Positions 38,672-48,483 of a DNA stretch of 54,755 nucleotides are shown piece by piece. The translations under genes and the position numbers were made by a program. Location: positions 1 to 54,755 of the IMG/VR virus record IMGVR_UViG_3300047550_001848; one strand, given 5' to 3'. This DNA comes from a virus. Taxonomy: Duplodnaviria > Caudoviricetes. The first letter of the stretch is position 1; each line of letters opens with the position of its first letter. The notes under the pieces were generated by a model. That model was not told where the DNA came from, searched no databases, and worked only from the letters and a program-made list of their open reading frames with translations.

Positions 38672-41432
38672 GGAATATTAGCACAAGTTCGGGTTGCGAG
38701 AACGCCAGCCCTTTGCCCAACCGCACGCGGCGCTCCTCGACATACTTCTTAGTTTCACGGAGGTAGTTAAGTACTTCCGCAAGCGACAGTTGCCTATCAT
38801 TGCAAAACTTACGAAACAGCGAACGCCGAATATAAATATTCTGGGTATCAGGTTCATACCGAACACATAGTTTACCACGCGGCTCTCGTATAGGAACTTC
38901 TGCCACCCCATTTGGCCGCAAACTCGCGGAGCTATTGATAATAAGGGTATCATTGAAATGGTCCGCAAGGAACGCACCAAGTACTGACGCCTTTTCCCCT
39001 TCTGAAGCCTTCGCCTTATTCTTACGTTCGATCAGTTCCGCGACAATCCAGTTCACTACGCGGGTAAAGTCGTCATCTGAGAAAGCCAATACCCCGGCTT
39101 GCCGCGCCATGAGCCCCCCGGCAAGATGCGTAGCGACCATCGCGGACCAATGCCGCTCTCGGTTCGTCAACTGCGCTTTCGTATCTATGATCCGCCCCAT
39201 GCGCTCTAAGGTGTCTACAGCAATCGCCAAATTCCGGATCAGAAACTGCGCATAGACATCCCCCGCTAAACCGTAGTTAGAATCCAAGGGCGCGAAGATC
39301 GCATCGGACTCTAGCTTGCTGAGAGTATTTCCTGACGACCAAGAAAACTCCAAGAATCTCGACATCTCCCCATCGGGGTTGCTCTTCTTCGCGTACAGTT
39401 TTTCCTCGATGAGCGCGTTAGACGTAACATAGCAATTCGCCGCCCACGTCGTGGTGTTTAGACGCTCGATGTTGTTGCTGCCTTGCAGCCGATTCCCCCC
39501 TCGGGCGTGCAAATAGTCGTAGAGAAAATCTGACATCTTCTCGGGGGTTTCGTTTGTAATCTCGTCTATGGTCGCTGCGATATTCTGCATCGTGCCGATA
39601 CGGTTGACTCTGGACTTTGGCGTATCCTTGAGCAGCAGCATCGTCTCATCGGGGTGCCCAAAGACGCTGTTGATAACCCGAAGCATGGTGGTCTTACCCG
39701 TACCAGAGGTTTCGCTGTACATGCTCATTACGGAACCCTTCTTCTTGGAGAAGGGCACCAGAGGGGACGAGAATCCTCCGAACAGAGCAAACATTTGGCG
39801 CTCCATGCCGGGTTGGTTGTAAAACGCGACAACCTTTTTCCATTCGTCTAGCGACCCTGCTTGCCGGAATTTATCTACGAGGTCTAGGGTCACCGACGAT
39901 GGGGGGCTGTAGGATATCTCCGTTGCTGTTATGCAACGATCACCGACGATGAACGCTGAGTAATTATCTGCCCACCCAAATTGAAGCCGAGATTTCTTCG
40001 CCTTCAACCGTCCTTGGAAAGATTTAATTGATCGCGCGGCATACATAGTTAATAGCTCCATTTGTTTAGCTAACGCAAAAATGCCTTCCCGTGCTAACCG
40101 TTTCGAGAATATGTCCCGACCGACCATATCCTGCATGGGCACCATAAACTCCCGCATTCCGTCTTGAGGAAGATGCACCCGGAAAAGCGCTGCCATGCCA
40201 AGAATTGGGTCATCCACCGTATGCACAAGGTAGAAGTCATGGTCATACACTAATACATCTTCTACATTCCCGTCCTTGTCTTTCGTACGTAGATACACCC
40301 CGCCGTTCTTCCCCCGCAAATACGGGAACGGATATTCGGGGATGACATAACTTCTCGACGGTACAGCCGTATCTGCTACAACATTATCTTCCGGGGTTGC
40401 CTCTTCGACGAGCCCTCTGCCTAGCTGGATAGGCGACGTAATAGACCCCCGGTGCTTGCACCCCTCGCACCCTTTCGGGTTGTCTTTCCAAAATGTATCG
40501 CACTTGTACGGCCCTTGAATACGGGATGCTTTTTCTTCCGTATCGAAAAAAGAATACTCAGGATGTTTACGTGAGATCGCGTGTACTGCCTTGTCTCGAT
40601 CTTTGCAGAATTGCGCAATGGACAACGCCGCCCGCCACAAGGGCTCGCTCGTTGTCTCCTGTTCTTGTACCGCAGTAAGTAATTGCTGGCATCCTTCTCC
40701 GGCAATACTTTTCTTAAGGATTACCTTGAACTCCGATGGCTTGTTCGCCAAGAGACTCTTTGTCACTTCGTCCAACGGAGCGCGCATCGATTGGACGGTA
40801 GCCCCTTCTTCCACCCCCATGAGTCTCCGAAACTCTGCAAACTCTACGGGGGGTGCCGTGCGTAGTACCTCAACCTTCAACGGGTTAAGCGGATCTTTGA
40901 AGTTCGACGACCCTATGGCCCGCATCACTCGCGCTGCGTCTGCGGGTACCGCAGGGTCAATTGTCATCCCTCGCAGCAGGCACGTAGTCTTAAACCGCTC
41001 GGCAACTGCCTTCCACTCGTCTCGGGGGACTGCCTCAGTCAAAGGCCAATATACGTGTATCCCGCGCCCTGAGTTTACGACCACAGGTTTCGGCAGCTTG
41101 AGTTCGTCGACTAATCCCTCTAATGCTTGGAGTGCGTCACTTTGACTCGGGTAATGTTTCCCGTCATCTATAGTCGGATCACAATCGAGATCTAGGAAGA
41201 ATGAGCGTACAGACTGTACGTTGGGTGCCGTTCGATTTTCTGCGGAGTGGAAATTACCAACCGCAACATACGAGTTGAGCCCTTCTTCTTCCAGCAAATC
41301 AACAGCGGTGTCGACTTCCTGCTTCGTCTTATGAAATGTTTGGCTATGAAGAAATTTCCCCTTCAACGCGACGACGCAGTAGATCCCCTCTGGAGGTAAC
41401 ACTACCTCCATAAACTCCTGTCGTGTCAGCAT
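38550..41432 (-). CDS. Primase-helicase: AEP primase, Cys cluster, DUF927-like domain and SF3-type helicase
   Basis: FFLDLD, VVNSGRGIHVYW, C..F...NP..CEGC, SGTGKTT Walker A, TIDE Walker B. Confidence 0.85.
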   Translation of the reverse strand: MLTRQEFMEVVLPPEGIYCVVALKGKFLHSQTFHKTKQEVDTAVDLLEEEGLNSYVAVGNFHSAENRTAPNVQSVRSFFLDLDCDPTIDDGKHYPSQSDALQALEGLVDELKLPKPVVVNSGRGIHVYWPLTEAVPRDEWKAVAERFKTTCLLRGMTIDPAVPADAARVMRAIGSSNFKDPLNPLKVEVLRTAPPVEFAEFRRLMGVEEGATVQSMRAPLDEVTKSLLANKPSEFKVILKKSIAGEGCQQLLTAVQEQETTSEPLWRAALSIAQFCKDRDKAVHAISRKHPEYSFFDTEEKASRIQGPYKCDTFWKDNPKGCEGCKHRGSITSPIQLGRGLVEEATPEDNVVADTAVPSRSYVIPEYPFPYLRGKNGGVYLRTKDKDGNVEDVLVYDHDFYLVHTVDDPILGMAALFRVHLPQDGMREFMVPMQDMVGRDIFSKRLAREGIFALAKQMELLTMYAARSIKSFQGRLKAKKSRLQFGWADNYSAFIVGDRCITATEISYSPPSSVTLDLVDKFRQAGSLDEWKKVVAFYNQPGMERQMFALFGGFSSPLVPFSKKKGSVMSMYSETSGTGKTTMLRVINSVFGHPDETMLLLKDTPKSRVNRIGTMQNIAATIDEITNETPEKMSDFLYDYLHARGGNRLQGSNNIERLNTTTWAANCYVTSNALIEEKLYAKKSNPDGEMSRFLEFSWSSGNTLSKLESDAIFAPLDSNYGLAGDVYAQFLIRNLAIAVDTLERMGRIIDTKAQLTNRERHWSAMVATHLAGGLMARQAGVLAFSDDDFTRVVNWIVAELIERKNKAKASEGEKASVLGAFLADHFNDTLIINSSASLRPNGVAEVPIREPRGKLCVRYEPDTQNIYIRRSLFRKFCNDRQLSLAEVLNYLRETKKYVEERRVRLGKGLAFSQPELVLIFRDPGNPFSDATSDTGTGTDTAATSDAWETDPDRVGAVSDR

Positions 41433-41434
41433 GG

Positions 41435-41707
41435 CTATTTCATTTCATGAAAAGAAGATGCAGTAGGCGTCTCCTTTAGTTGTTGGACGAAATCTTTAAC
41501 TCGGACTAGAGTCGGACCACTCGGCAGTGTCCGCCCTGACATCCAATTGTGCACGGTTGCCCGCGTCACGCTAAACCTATCCGCAATCGCACTAACCGTA
41601 ATGCGGTGCCTAACACACTGCCGTCCAAGCTCAACCCCTAAACCTGTATTGTTTGGGTCATTCCATACCTGCCGATGTTGCTTTGAGAAAGATCTTTTTG
41701 TGTGCAT
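41435..41707 (-). CDS. Cro/CI-type HTH protein
   Basis: VSAIADRFSVTRATVHNWMSG; GGGGG SD before ATG 41707. Confidence 0.8.
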   Translation of the reverse strand: MHTKRSFSKQHRQVWNDPNNTGLGVELGRQCVRHRITVSAIADRFSVTRATVHNWMSGRTLPSGPTLVRVKDFVQQLKETPTASSFHEMK

Positions 41708-41720
41708 TGTAACCCCCATG

Positions 41721-41746
41721 CTAGGCGCGGCTGAAGCCGCGCCTAG
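41721..41746. other. Perfect 11-bp GC hairpin between the SSB-like and HTH genes
   Basis: CTAGGCGCGGC-TGAA-GCCGCGCCTAG; no U-tract on the - strand. Confidence 0.7.
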
Positions 41747-41756
41747 TTGCTACTGC

Positions 41757-42614
41757 TTACTCATCATCCCATTGGTCTAGGATATCCTTAAGGTCTTTCT
41801 TAGGGGCGGGTTCGTCCTGCTTCTTCGCTTCCCGCTTCTTGGGCTCTTCGATAGAGGCGTCCTCCGTAGGTGCAGGGAGTTGGGGTGCCGCGACCTTTGC
41901 CCCAGAAGCCCCGAAAGAAACTACTACCGCAGCTTTAGCTTCCTCCGTCTGCCCCCGCGCTGCAATCTTCCGGTACTCATCCTCACTAAGAGGGCGTAGT
42001 GCCTTGAAAGTTAGCTTCGGAGTAGCGCTCTTGGTATCGAAACGCATCTCCGTTACCACCGCGCCCAAGTTGACGTTGAAGCCCGCCAAGAATTGCACGT
42101 AGGCGTTCAGCGGTAGCTTGCCGTTCTCTCCCTTACCAAAGATCGAAGTAGCAGGCAGCGTAAGCTGAAACAAATCGCCCTCTAGGTCATTCTCAAGCAC
42201 CAGAGCTACCCGACGAGAAAAACGGCACGCCCTAGACTCCCCCTGCCCGGAGCCTTTGACGTTCTTGGGGCAGGGCGCGCAGCTACTGCTCTGCGGCGTC
42301 CCGACGCTCTTGTCAGGCCGATCCCCGTCGGCGGACCAGCACGCCGGGGTGATGTTAGGGACGCCGGGATCAAACGCTTGATCGTAGTACATACGGGACG
42401 TCTTGGGTGCCGCGTTGACGACCACGACACTCATCGCTCGATCTTCGTTTGTGGCAATCTCCTTACCATCCGAGATCAGGCGAAATACGCCCCCACGAAT
42501 CGAGATGCGCTTCCCCCCGCTCCCTGAAAGGAACGATTTGGTCACATCATCTAGCTTCGTGCTGCGCAGGTAGTCGGGGATGCCGTTCTTAAACAACGTG
42601 AGATCAGTACTCAT
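41757..42614 (-). CDS. Putative ssDNA-binding/annealing protein with Cys cluster
   Basis: CWS.DG..PD, CAPCP, RAC; acidic aromatic tail ILDQWDDE. Confidence 0.6.
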   Translation of the reverse strand: MSTDLTLFKNGIPDYLRSTKLDDVTKSFLSGSGGKRISIRGGVFRLISDGKEIATNEDRAMSVVVVNAAPKTSRMYYDQAFDPGVPNITPACWSADGDRPDKSVGTPQSSSCAPCPKNVKGSGQGESRACRFSRRVALVLENDLEGDLFQLTLPATSIFGKGENGKLPLNAYVQFLAGFNVNLGAVVTEMRFDTKSATPKLTFKALRPLSEDEYRKIAARGQTEEAKAAVVVSFGASGAKVAAPQLPAPTEDASIEEPKKREAKKQDEPAPKKDLKDILDQWDDE

Positions 42615-42622
42615 ATATGCTC

Positions 42623-43018
42623 CTATCTACGACGGATTGAAATGTCATACTTACTATCAGCATTAAGACCCGGTGGAACTACGTTAGGGTTATCCGCCAA
42701 AAAGGTCTTCATGTTCGTCTGGTGGATACGCCGCTCCAACAAATCCAAGGCGTCGTATTCTACACAGAATTTATGCATTGACGACCAGTCTGTTGTCCAA
42801 TAACGCGTTTTCACCGTGCGGGTCACTGTGCCATGCGCGGTTTTTAACCCCGTTGCGCCCAGAGACTCACACAACTTAAGTAATTGCTTTTTAACCGTAT
42901 CGAGATCTTCGTCGAGCGCTGCCTCGTCGCGCTCGTACTTTTCTCGTAACGTTTCTTTTTTCTTACGAATAGCAATGAAAACACGCACTAACTTATCTAC
43001 TGAATCACTGTCACTCAT
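42623..43018 (-). CDS. Conserved replication-module hypothetical protein
   Basis: Coiled coil + KTAHGTV..YWTTDW; AGGAG SD. Confidence 0.75.
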   Translation of the reverse strand: MSDSDSVDKLVRVFIAIRKKKETLREKYERDEAALDEDLDTVKKQLLKLCESLGATGLKTAHGTVTRTVKTRYWTTDWSSMHKFCVEYDALDLLERRIHQTNMKTFLADNPNVVPPGLNADSKYDISIRRR

Positions 43019-44576
43019 GACTAGCTCCTGACTCGTCTAACTCTTCTTTATACAGATCGATTAACCGTTGATGGATATCGACTTTTCCTTGCAGCATTTT
43101 ATACATCTTACGTTCAACTGGGCTCCCTTGTAAATGGACTACGGTAACTTTGTTGACTTGCCCCGCGCGATGCACGCGGGCATTAGCTTGCAAATACGTC
43201 TCTACACTCATCACCGGACCCCAGTAGACCACAACATTCGCTGCATGCAGCGTGACCCCGTGTGATGCGGCTTGGGGCTGGATGACAAGCACCCGAGGAT
43301 CTGGGCTAGTTTGGAACTTGTTAAATATTTCTGTGCGTTTACGAGGCGAGACTTTACCATTGATGATCTCCGTAGTTATGCCTTTAGACTGCAACCAACT
43401 TGATACCAAATTAAGACTGTGTGTGAACGGCGCAAACACTAGGACTTTATGACTTGCTTCGTCTATGACCTCCTTCAGAGCTTGTAAGCGGTTACTACAA
43501 TCGAACTCAATGACTTCCTTATTATCGGAATACACTGCACCACTAGCGACTTGCAACAACTTCGTTAGCATCGCTGCTGCACTAGGGGCGGATATCTCTT
43601 CCCCCGCTGCTCGTACTAAATGCTCTTGGATTAACCATTGGTAGTACTTTTCTTGCTGCTTGGTGAGGGGCACCTCACGCGTCGCGTACATCATATCCGG
43701 CAAATCTAAGCAATCTTCCTTCGAGAACCTAATCGCCGGTTGCAGCGCGCGAAACACTATATCGGTTGCATCGGGGCGTGGAACCCATTTGAATCTAGTA
43801 AGCTGGGTCATCACCTGACCACGGAACGACCCATAAAACTGTGGCACCCCAGAAGGATTGATAATGCGGGCCAGCCCGAAGGCATCGCTTGGTTCTTGGG
43901 ACGCAGGAGTACCTGTCAACATCCATACCCATGTATGCGCCCGTATGATTCGGGCAAGCTGCTTCCAACGGGTTGTATGTACGTTCTTATAGCTATTTGC
44001 CTCATCTACAATGATGAGATCGAACTTCCCGTCGTCCAGCACGGTGTCCCCAATGATCCCAACACCGTCGTAGTTCACAATCACAAACTCTACATCGCTT
44101 GCAACGATCTGTCGTCGAGTGTCCGCCTTGGCGTTATGCGCTATCTCACAGGTGCGGTGCATGGCGAACTTGAAGATGTCGGCCTGCCATGCGGAACCCA
44201 TGATAGAGACAGGGCATATGATGAGCACTCGTTGGATTTTGCGTTGTGTCATCAAGTAGTCCGCAGCCCAAATGCAGCTTGCGGTCTTGCCTGTTCCTTG
44301 TGCGTTAAAACAAAACGCTCGTCGATGCAGCGTAAGAAATTCGGCTGTCGTTACTTGGTGCGCGAACGGTTTGTGCAACCCGGGCCAACTGTATGCTTTG
44401 CGGATGGGGGATGGCACGTTCTTGATCTTCATGTTCTTGAGGACTTGTGCTTCTTCCAACCCCCACCGTACAACTACTTCGTGCGCGCCAACTTGGGTAC
44501 TTGTCGGGATAACGGTTGTTATTTTCGATGGGTCGCGCACGCGTAACCGTAGTGCTTTGTTCTCTAATATTTGCAT
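43011..44576 (-). CDS. SNF2-family (SF2) helicase
   Basis: QGTGKT, IVDEA, LTGTP, HGVTL, QANARVHRAGQ. Confidence 0.9.
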   Translation of the reverse strand: MQILENKALRLRVRDPSKITTVIPTSTQVGAHEVVVRWGLEEAQVLKNMKIKNVPSPIRKAYSWPGLHKPFAHQVTTAEFLTLHRRAFCFNAQGTGKTASCIWAADYLMTQRKIQRVLIICPVSIMGSAWQADIFKFAMHRTCEIAHNAKADTRRQIVASDVEFVIVNYDGVGIIGDTVLDDGKFDLIIVDEANSYKNVHTTRWKQLARIIRAHTWVWMLTGTPASQEPSDAFGLARIINPSGVPQFYGSFRGQVMTQLTRFKWVPRPDATDIVFRALQPAIRFSKEDCLDLPDMMYATREVPLTKQQEKYYQWLIQEHLVRAAGEEISAPSAAAMLTKLLQVASGAVYSDNKEVIEFDCSNRLQALKEVIDEASHKVLVFAPFTHSLNLVSSWLQSKGITTEIINGKVSPRKRTEIFNKFQTSPDPRVLVIQPQAASHGVTLHAANVVVYWGPVMSVETYLQANARVHRAGQVNKVTVVHLQGSPVERKMYKMLQGKVDIHQRLIDLYKEELDESGASHE

Positions 44577-44673
44577 GACTTACGCCGATACTGAACGGAG
44601 CGAAGTGCCGTTTTGCACCTCGCTCGTGTATAAAGTATTACCTTATTCTCAACCTGCAATACGCAGGGGCCAA

Positions 44674-44949
44674 CTACTTCTTTGGTGCGTTCCGCTTGAC
44701 GGTATGATCTGAGTTACGACTAAATGAACGATTACTACTTGGACTACGCAGGCGGAGATTACTCGCGCCGTTCGTACCACCCTTAGACAAGGGAATACTA
44801 TGATCAATATCTTTGCCGGTTCTGTCAATGCCTTTTGCATCTAGGAGACGCCTAGCTGCGGCTCGTTTCGCCCGGGCTGGGTTTTCGTCCCGGGCTTGCT
44901 GTTGCTGGTACTCTTTTTTGTATGGTCGGGGTTTGTTAACGTAAGGCAT
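44674..44949 (-). CDS. HNH endonuclease
   Basis: DIDHSIPLSKGGTN...NL......NR. Confidence 0.85.
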   Translation of the reverse strand: MPYVNKPRPYKKEYQQQQARDENPARAKRAAARRLLDAKGIDRTGKDIDHSIPLSKGGTNGASNLRLRSPSSNRSFSRNSDHTVKRNAPKK

Positions 44950-45614
44950 TATGGTTCTCGTCCATTGTGTTTACAGTTCAGTACCGGGCACCATGCGCGG
45001 CACGTAAAATTCTGCTGCGGATTCCACACGTTGTTCTTATACGCTGCCTCCAACCGTGCGGTTTCCTCCAACCACTTAGCCCACCGCGCCTCGGACTCTT
45101 CTCGGGCGTAATCTGCCTTAACCAACGCGGAATGGACAACAAACAAAAGCGCCGCTTTGACCCGCTGCACTTGTGGGTAGTGCTTGAAGACGGCGAGAGA
45201 CAGGAGTTCCAACTGCTTTGTGTCTGCATACTGGCTCTTTCCAGTTTTGTAGTCCAGTACCTTTGCGGTATCCCCATCTACTACCAACAAGTCAGCGATT
45301 CCGCGCCACCACACCTGCGGGGCTCCGAAGTTGCACGGCTCTAGGTCTTTAGTTAGCCCAAGCCGCTGCTCGCACATAATTTCCCCGGGCATCCCCCGCA
45401 ATTTATCCAAGGAGGCTTGCATGTAGGACAGCGAAGGGGGTAGGGGGGTGCCGTCGCGCACATAATCTTCTGCGGCTTTATGTACTTCAAGCCCGTACCG
45501 AATCTGCGGCGACGGCGGGTCGTACGCGTCTTTAGCAACCCGAAGATGGTAGTACTTTTTCGGGCACTGTTGAAAAAGGTTCAGGCTGCTATAAGACCAC
45601 TTGACCATTAGCAC
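44949..45614 (-). CDS. PD-(D/E)xK exonuclease (Cas4/RecB-like)
   Basis: WSYSSL...CP, GIAD, LDYKTG, QLELL, C-terminal C.WC....C. Confidence 0.85.
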   Translation of the reverse strand: MLMVKWSYSSLNLFQQCPKKYYHLRVAKDAYDPPSPQIRYGLEVHKAAEDYVRDGTPLPPSLSYMQASLDKLRGMPGEIMCEQRLGLTKDLEPCNFGAPQVWWRGIADLLVVDGDTAKVLDYKTGKSQYADTKQLELLSLAVFKHYPQVQRVKAALLFVVHSALVKADYAREESEARWAKWLEETARLEAAYKNNVWNPQQNFTCRAWCPVLNCKHNGREP

Positions 45615-47446
45615 TCCCCGTAACTTCGCCCCATCCCCGACTCACAATTCAGAGGGAGCCCGTCGGCCCAGCTAGGCGTCCAACGCATACATTCTTCGAC
45701 ATACGCACGAGCCTCAACAGCTTCTGCCTCCGGAGCAATACATGCAATCGCGTCATGCACAGTAAGAACCACCCGATACCGTTTTGCGATCCTAAGTAAC
45801 TGTTCCCCGATGATCACTCGGGCAAGATGCTGCGTGAGATTTTCCGTGAATTTGCCGCCCCATATACCAGTAATACCGGTACGGGAAGTATACACGATTG
45901 TTGCATCGCCGTTTGCCTTTCGGGACCGACGTAGTTCGTGATAGCGCAACGGTATGCCATTGGGTGATACAACCCCGCCTAAAAACCCATTGACCTGCAC
46001 TACCCCTTCTCGCCCATAAGGCGCGGACCGCCCGTCGATTAGGGCAGCTAGTGCCCGGTCGCCTTGCGCCCAGAGGGCCGGAATCGCGGGGTAGGTGCGC
46101 CGGTAGGTATCAATAATGTGCTTTGCCTCATCGTACGTCATCTCGACGTTCGCCACCTGCATGAACAACTGGAACTTCCGTGCCCCCATACCATACCCGC
46201 TACCAAGAACGGTAGACTTTCCTATGAACCGTTCCGGCCCAGTAATATCCGCGATGGGTTTGCGGTAGATCGCAGACGCCATGATTTTGTACACATCCCG
46301 ACCGGTACGGAATGCATCGACGAGATCTTGCTGCCCCGCCATCCAAGCAAGCACGCGAGCTTCGATCTGAGAGGAGTCACAATCAATCATGACGTAACCG
46401 GGAGGGGCAAGAATAGCCCGCTTTAGTGCACCCGCGTCAGCCCCTCGACTTGGGAGGTTTTGCAGGTTTATTAGATCCCACCCGCCCCAACGCGCGGTAT
46501 GCGCCGCGTAATACTTTAGGGGGATAGGTAGGTTCCCTCGCTGCGCAATGGACATAAACCGCTGGGTGCGTGTTTCCTCCAAGGTAGACTTGATCCCCAA
46601 CCGGGCGGCAACGATCGCTTGGACTTCTGGGTTTGGGTGCTCCAATAGCTCCTTCATCCCGTCATCCGTCTTCGCGAACGCATACGTCGTCTTACCCGTT
46701 GTGGGGCTTATCTTAGTCGGAGGAATAACCCCATAGGCCCGCAACGTATCCGCAAACTTGGGGTTACTCATAATGTGCTTCTTAACTGCTTCGGGGTCGC
46801 CTCCGATCTTGGCAAGTAACTCCTTCTTGCGCTCTTGCACTTCGACGAGGTGCTTCTCCAACGCGAACGCATCCAACCTCAATACCGGCTCGGTATACAT
46901 CCTGAGCGTTTGGTCGATCAACTTAAGCTCAGTTTTCGGATAAGCGTCGAGCAAGATCTGGAACAACTTATACGTCAACCGCGTGTCGTTGCGACAATAC
47001 TCTCCGTACTGCATGAGATCGTACGAAGAAAAATCTAGTCGCCGCTTCCCTCGCGCGTTGACTACCTCGGTGCCCTTCGCCCCCAAGTTGTAGTACTCCG
47101 CGAGTTTTGCGAGACTGTGGCTCATGGTAGCCCCGTGGATTGCACGGGCCATGCTTAGCGTATCCGCAATGGCTCTAGGCTTAATGCCAAATATCCAACT
47201 CAAGATCGCCATATCGAAGGCAGCGTTATGCGCGACCGCCATCGATTCATCCCACGGAAACTTTTGTAGCCAGTTCTTTACTGCCGCATGATCCCCGGAA
47301 AACCACTCCGGCTCTCCTGCATCCATTTGAACCGCAACCCCGATGACTTCAAACGCGTCACTACGTATGTACTGCTCTGTGGTTAACTTAGATAAGGAAT
47401 ACTCCGGGTCATAATAAGTCTCAAAGTCTACTGTTAGTAAGCGCAT
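45608..47446 (-). CDS. polA: DNA polymerase family A with 3'-5' exonuclease
   Basis: DFETY, HNAAFD, NLQNLP, motif A DSSQIEAR, motif B R..GK...LG..YG, motif C VHD. Confidence 0.93.
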   Translation of the reverse strand: MRLLTVDFETYYDPEYSLSKLTTEQYIRSDAFEVIGVAVQMDAGEPEWFSGDHAAVKNWLQKFPWDESMAVAHNAAFDMAILSWIFGIKPRAIADTLSMARAIHGATMSHSLAKLAEYYNLGAKGTEVVNARGKRRLDFSSYDLMQYGEYCRNDTRLTYKLFQILLDAYPKTELKLIDQTLRMYTEPVLRLDAFALEKHLVEVQERKKELLAKIGGDPEAVKKHIMSNPKFADTLRAYGVIPPTKISPTTGKTTYAFAKTDDGMKELLEHPNPEVQAIVAARLGIKSTLEETRTQRFMSIAQRGNLPIPLKYYAAHTARWGGWDLINLQNLPSRGADAGALKRAILAPPGYVMIDCDSSQIEARVLAWMAGQQDLVDAFRTGRDVYKIMASAIYRKPIADITGPERFIGKSTVLGSGYGMGARKFQLFMQVANVEMTYDEAKHIIDTYRRTYPAIPALWAQGDRALAALIDGRSAPYGREGVVQVNGFLGGVVSPNGIPLRYHELRRSRKANGDATIVYTSRTGITGIWGGKFTENLTQHLARVIIGEQLLRIAKRYRVVLTVHDAIACIAPEAEAVEARAYVEECMRWTPSWADGLPLNCESGMGRSYGEC

Positions 47447-47624
47447 CGTGTAACTTTCGTTTTGTCTCGTCGTCGAACGAGTTGTAGATTGACCGATACA
47501 TGTTTCTAGCCCTCTCCGAGCGCACCGCTAAATCGTAAGCCATAGTTTTCGAAGTAGGGGGTAGCTGATAGTGTAGGGCAACAGCGTCAAACTCATACAT
47601 CCTCGGATTCGGGCGTCGATACAT
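47421..47624 (-). CDS. Hypothetical protein
   Basis: GGAGGAG SD. Confidence 0.6.
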   Translation of the reverse strand: MYRRPNPRMYEFDAVALHYQLPPTSKTMAYDLAVRSERARNMYRSIYNSFDDETKRKLHDALTNSRL

Positions 47625-48009
47625 AGCTCCTCCGTTTGGTTATAGTCTGCCATGCCCCCTCAAGGGTACATTTTTTCCCGCGCCATTGTCTGTAGTACTC
47701 CTTCCGAGGGATCGCCGTCGGCTTAGGCACATCATCCCCTGCCCCCCACTGGTACACACGCGAAGTCGTGCGGTTGTTGGGGCTGCGCAGGTACTCGATG
47801 ATATGCACACATTTCGCTGCGTGAAGCTCTGCTGTCCATCGATTAGCACTACCGTAAGACACCTTGGCAAACTTAGCTAGCTGTACAACGGTGAACTTCA
47901 TAGTCATCATCCGGTATGTCATCTTTGCTAACATCGCATAGGAATACCGCGTGCCGCTGCGTGGAGACTTTTTGAGATTGTCCAGACTATTCTGATGCTG
48001 CTTCCTCAT
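47593..48009 (-). CDS. Putative winged-HTH protein
   Basis: TVVQLAKFAKVSYGSANRWTAELH...VHI..Y...VYQWG. Confidence 0.6.
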   Translation of the reverse strand: MRKQHQNSLDNLKKSPRSGTRYSYAMLAKMTYRMMTMKFTVVQLAKFAKVSYGSANRWTAELHAAKCVHIIEYLRSPNNRTTSRVYQWGAGDDVPKPTAIPRKEYYRQWRGKKCTLEGAWQTITKRRSYVSTPESEDV

Positions 48010-48221
48010 ATAAGCGCCTCTTCAACGTCACTGTTCATTAGCTTTAGCAACTCTGATCCTCGGACTCTAGTAAAAGGCCAATCTGGGTATGGATCTTTGT
48101 GAGTCCATCGAGCGTTGATGTTAGCTGTACTTGCTTCTTTAGATACCCTCGGTACTCTTCTTCCGGTATCTCCCACGTGTTCCACCGTGCTTTGCACTCT
48201 AGGCACTCTCTGCGTCTCCAT
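48006..48221 (-). CDS. Hypothetical protein (WPFTRV...EEALI); true start uncertain
   Basis: ATGA coupling to the next gene; overlaps the NrdR-like ORF. Confidence 0.45.
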   Translation of the reverse strand: METQRVPRVQSTVEHVGDTGRRVPRVSKEASTANINARWTHKDPYPDWPFTRVRGSELLKLMNSDVEEALI

Positions 48222-48298
48222 GTTGCTTGATTGTCCTCGTTCGACTCCGCTGGTCGGGAGTCAATCACTTTACTGCGTAAGTGGTCACACTCATTCAT
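48044..48298 (-). CDS. NrdR-like N-terminal zinc-ribbon protein lacking the ATP-cone
   Basis: C.H..SKVIDSR......RRRECLEC..RW.T.E. Confidence 0.7.
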   Translation of the reverse strand: MNECDHLRSKVIDSRPAESNEDNQATWRRRECLECKARWNTWEIPEEEYRGYLKKQVQLTSTLDGLTKIHTQIGLLLESEDQSC

Positions 48299-48468
48299 CT
48301 ACGCCCTCGGTTTATCTTTTGTAGCGTCAGCCATACCTTGCTAAGCGGGTCATCTGGCAAGGCTGTCCACGGTTTGCGGCACGGGCGCTCCACGTGGGAG
48401 CACCCGTCTTGATCTACACCTTGCTTGCCACATAATGTTACTGTCTACATTTCTGGTTCACTCTGCAT
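48295..48468 (-). pseudogene. Possible disrupted small Cys-containing ORF
   Basis: MQSEPEM*TVTLCGKQ...GCSHVERPCRKPW...; in-frame TAG at 48447-48445; stop ATGA-coupled to the next gene. Confidence 0.3.
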
Positions 48469-48483
48469 CAATGTTACTTTGGT

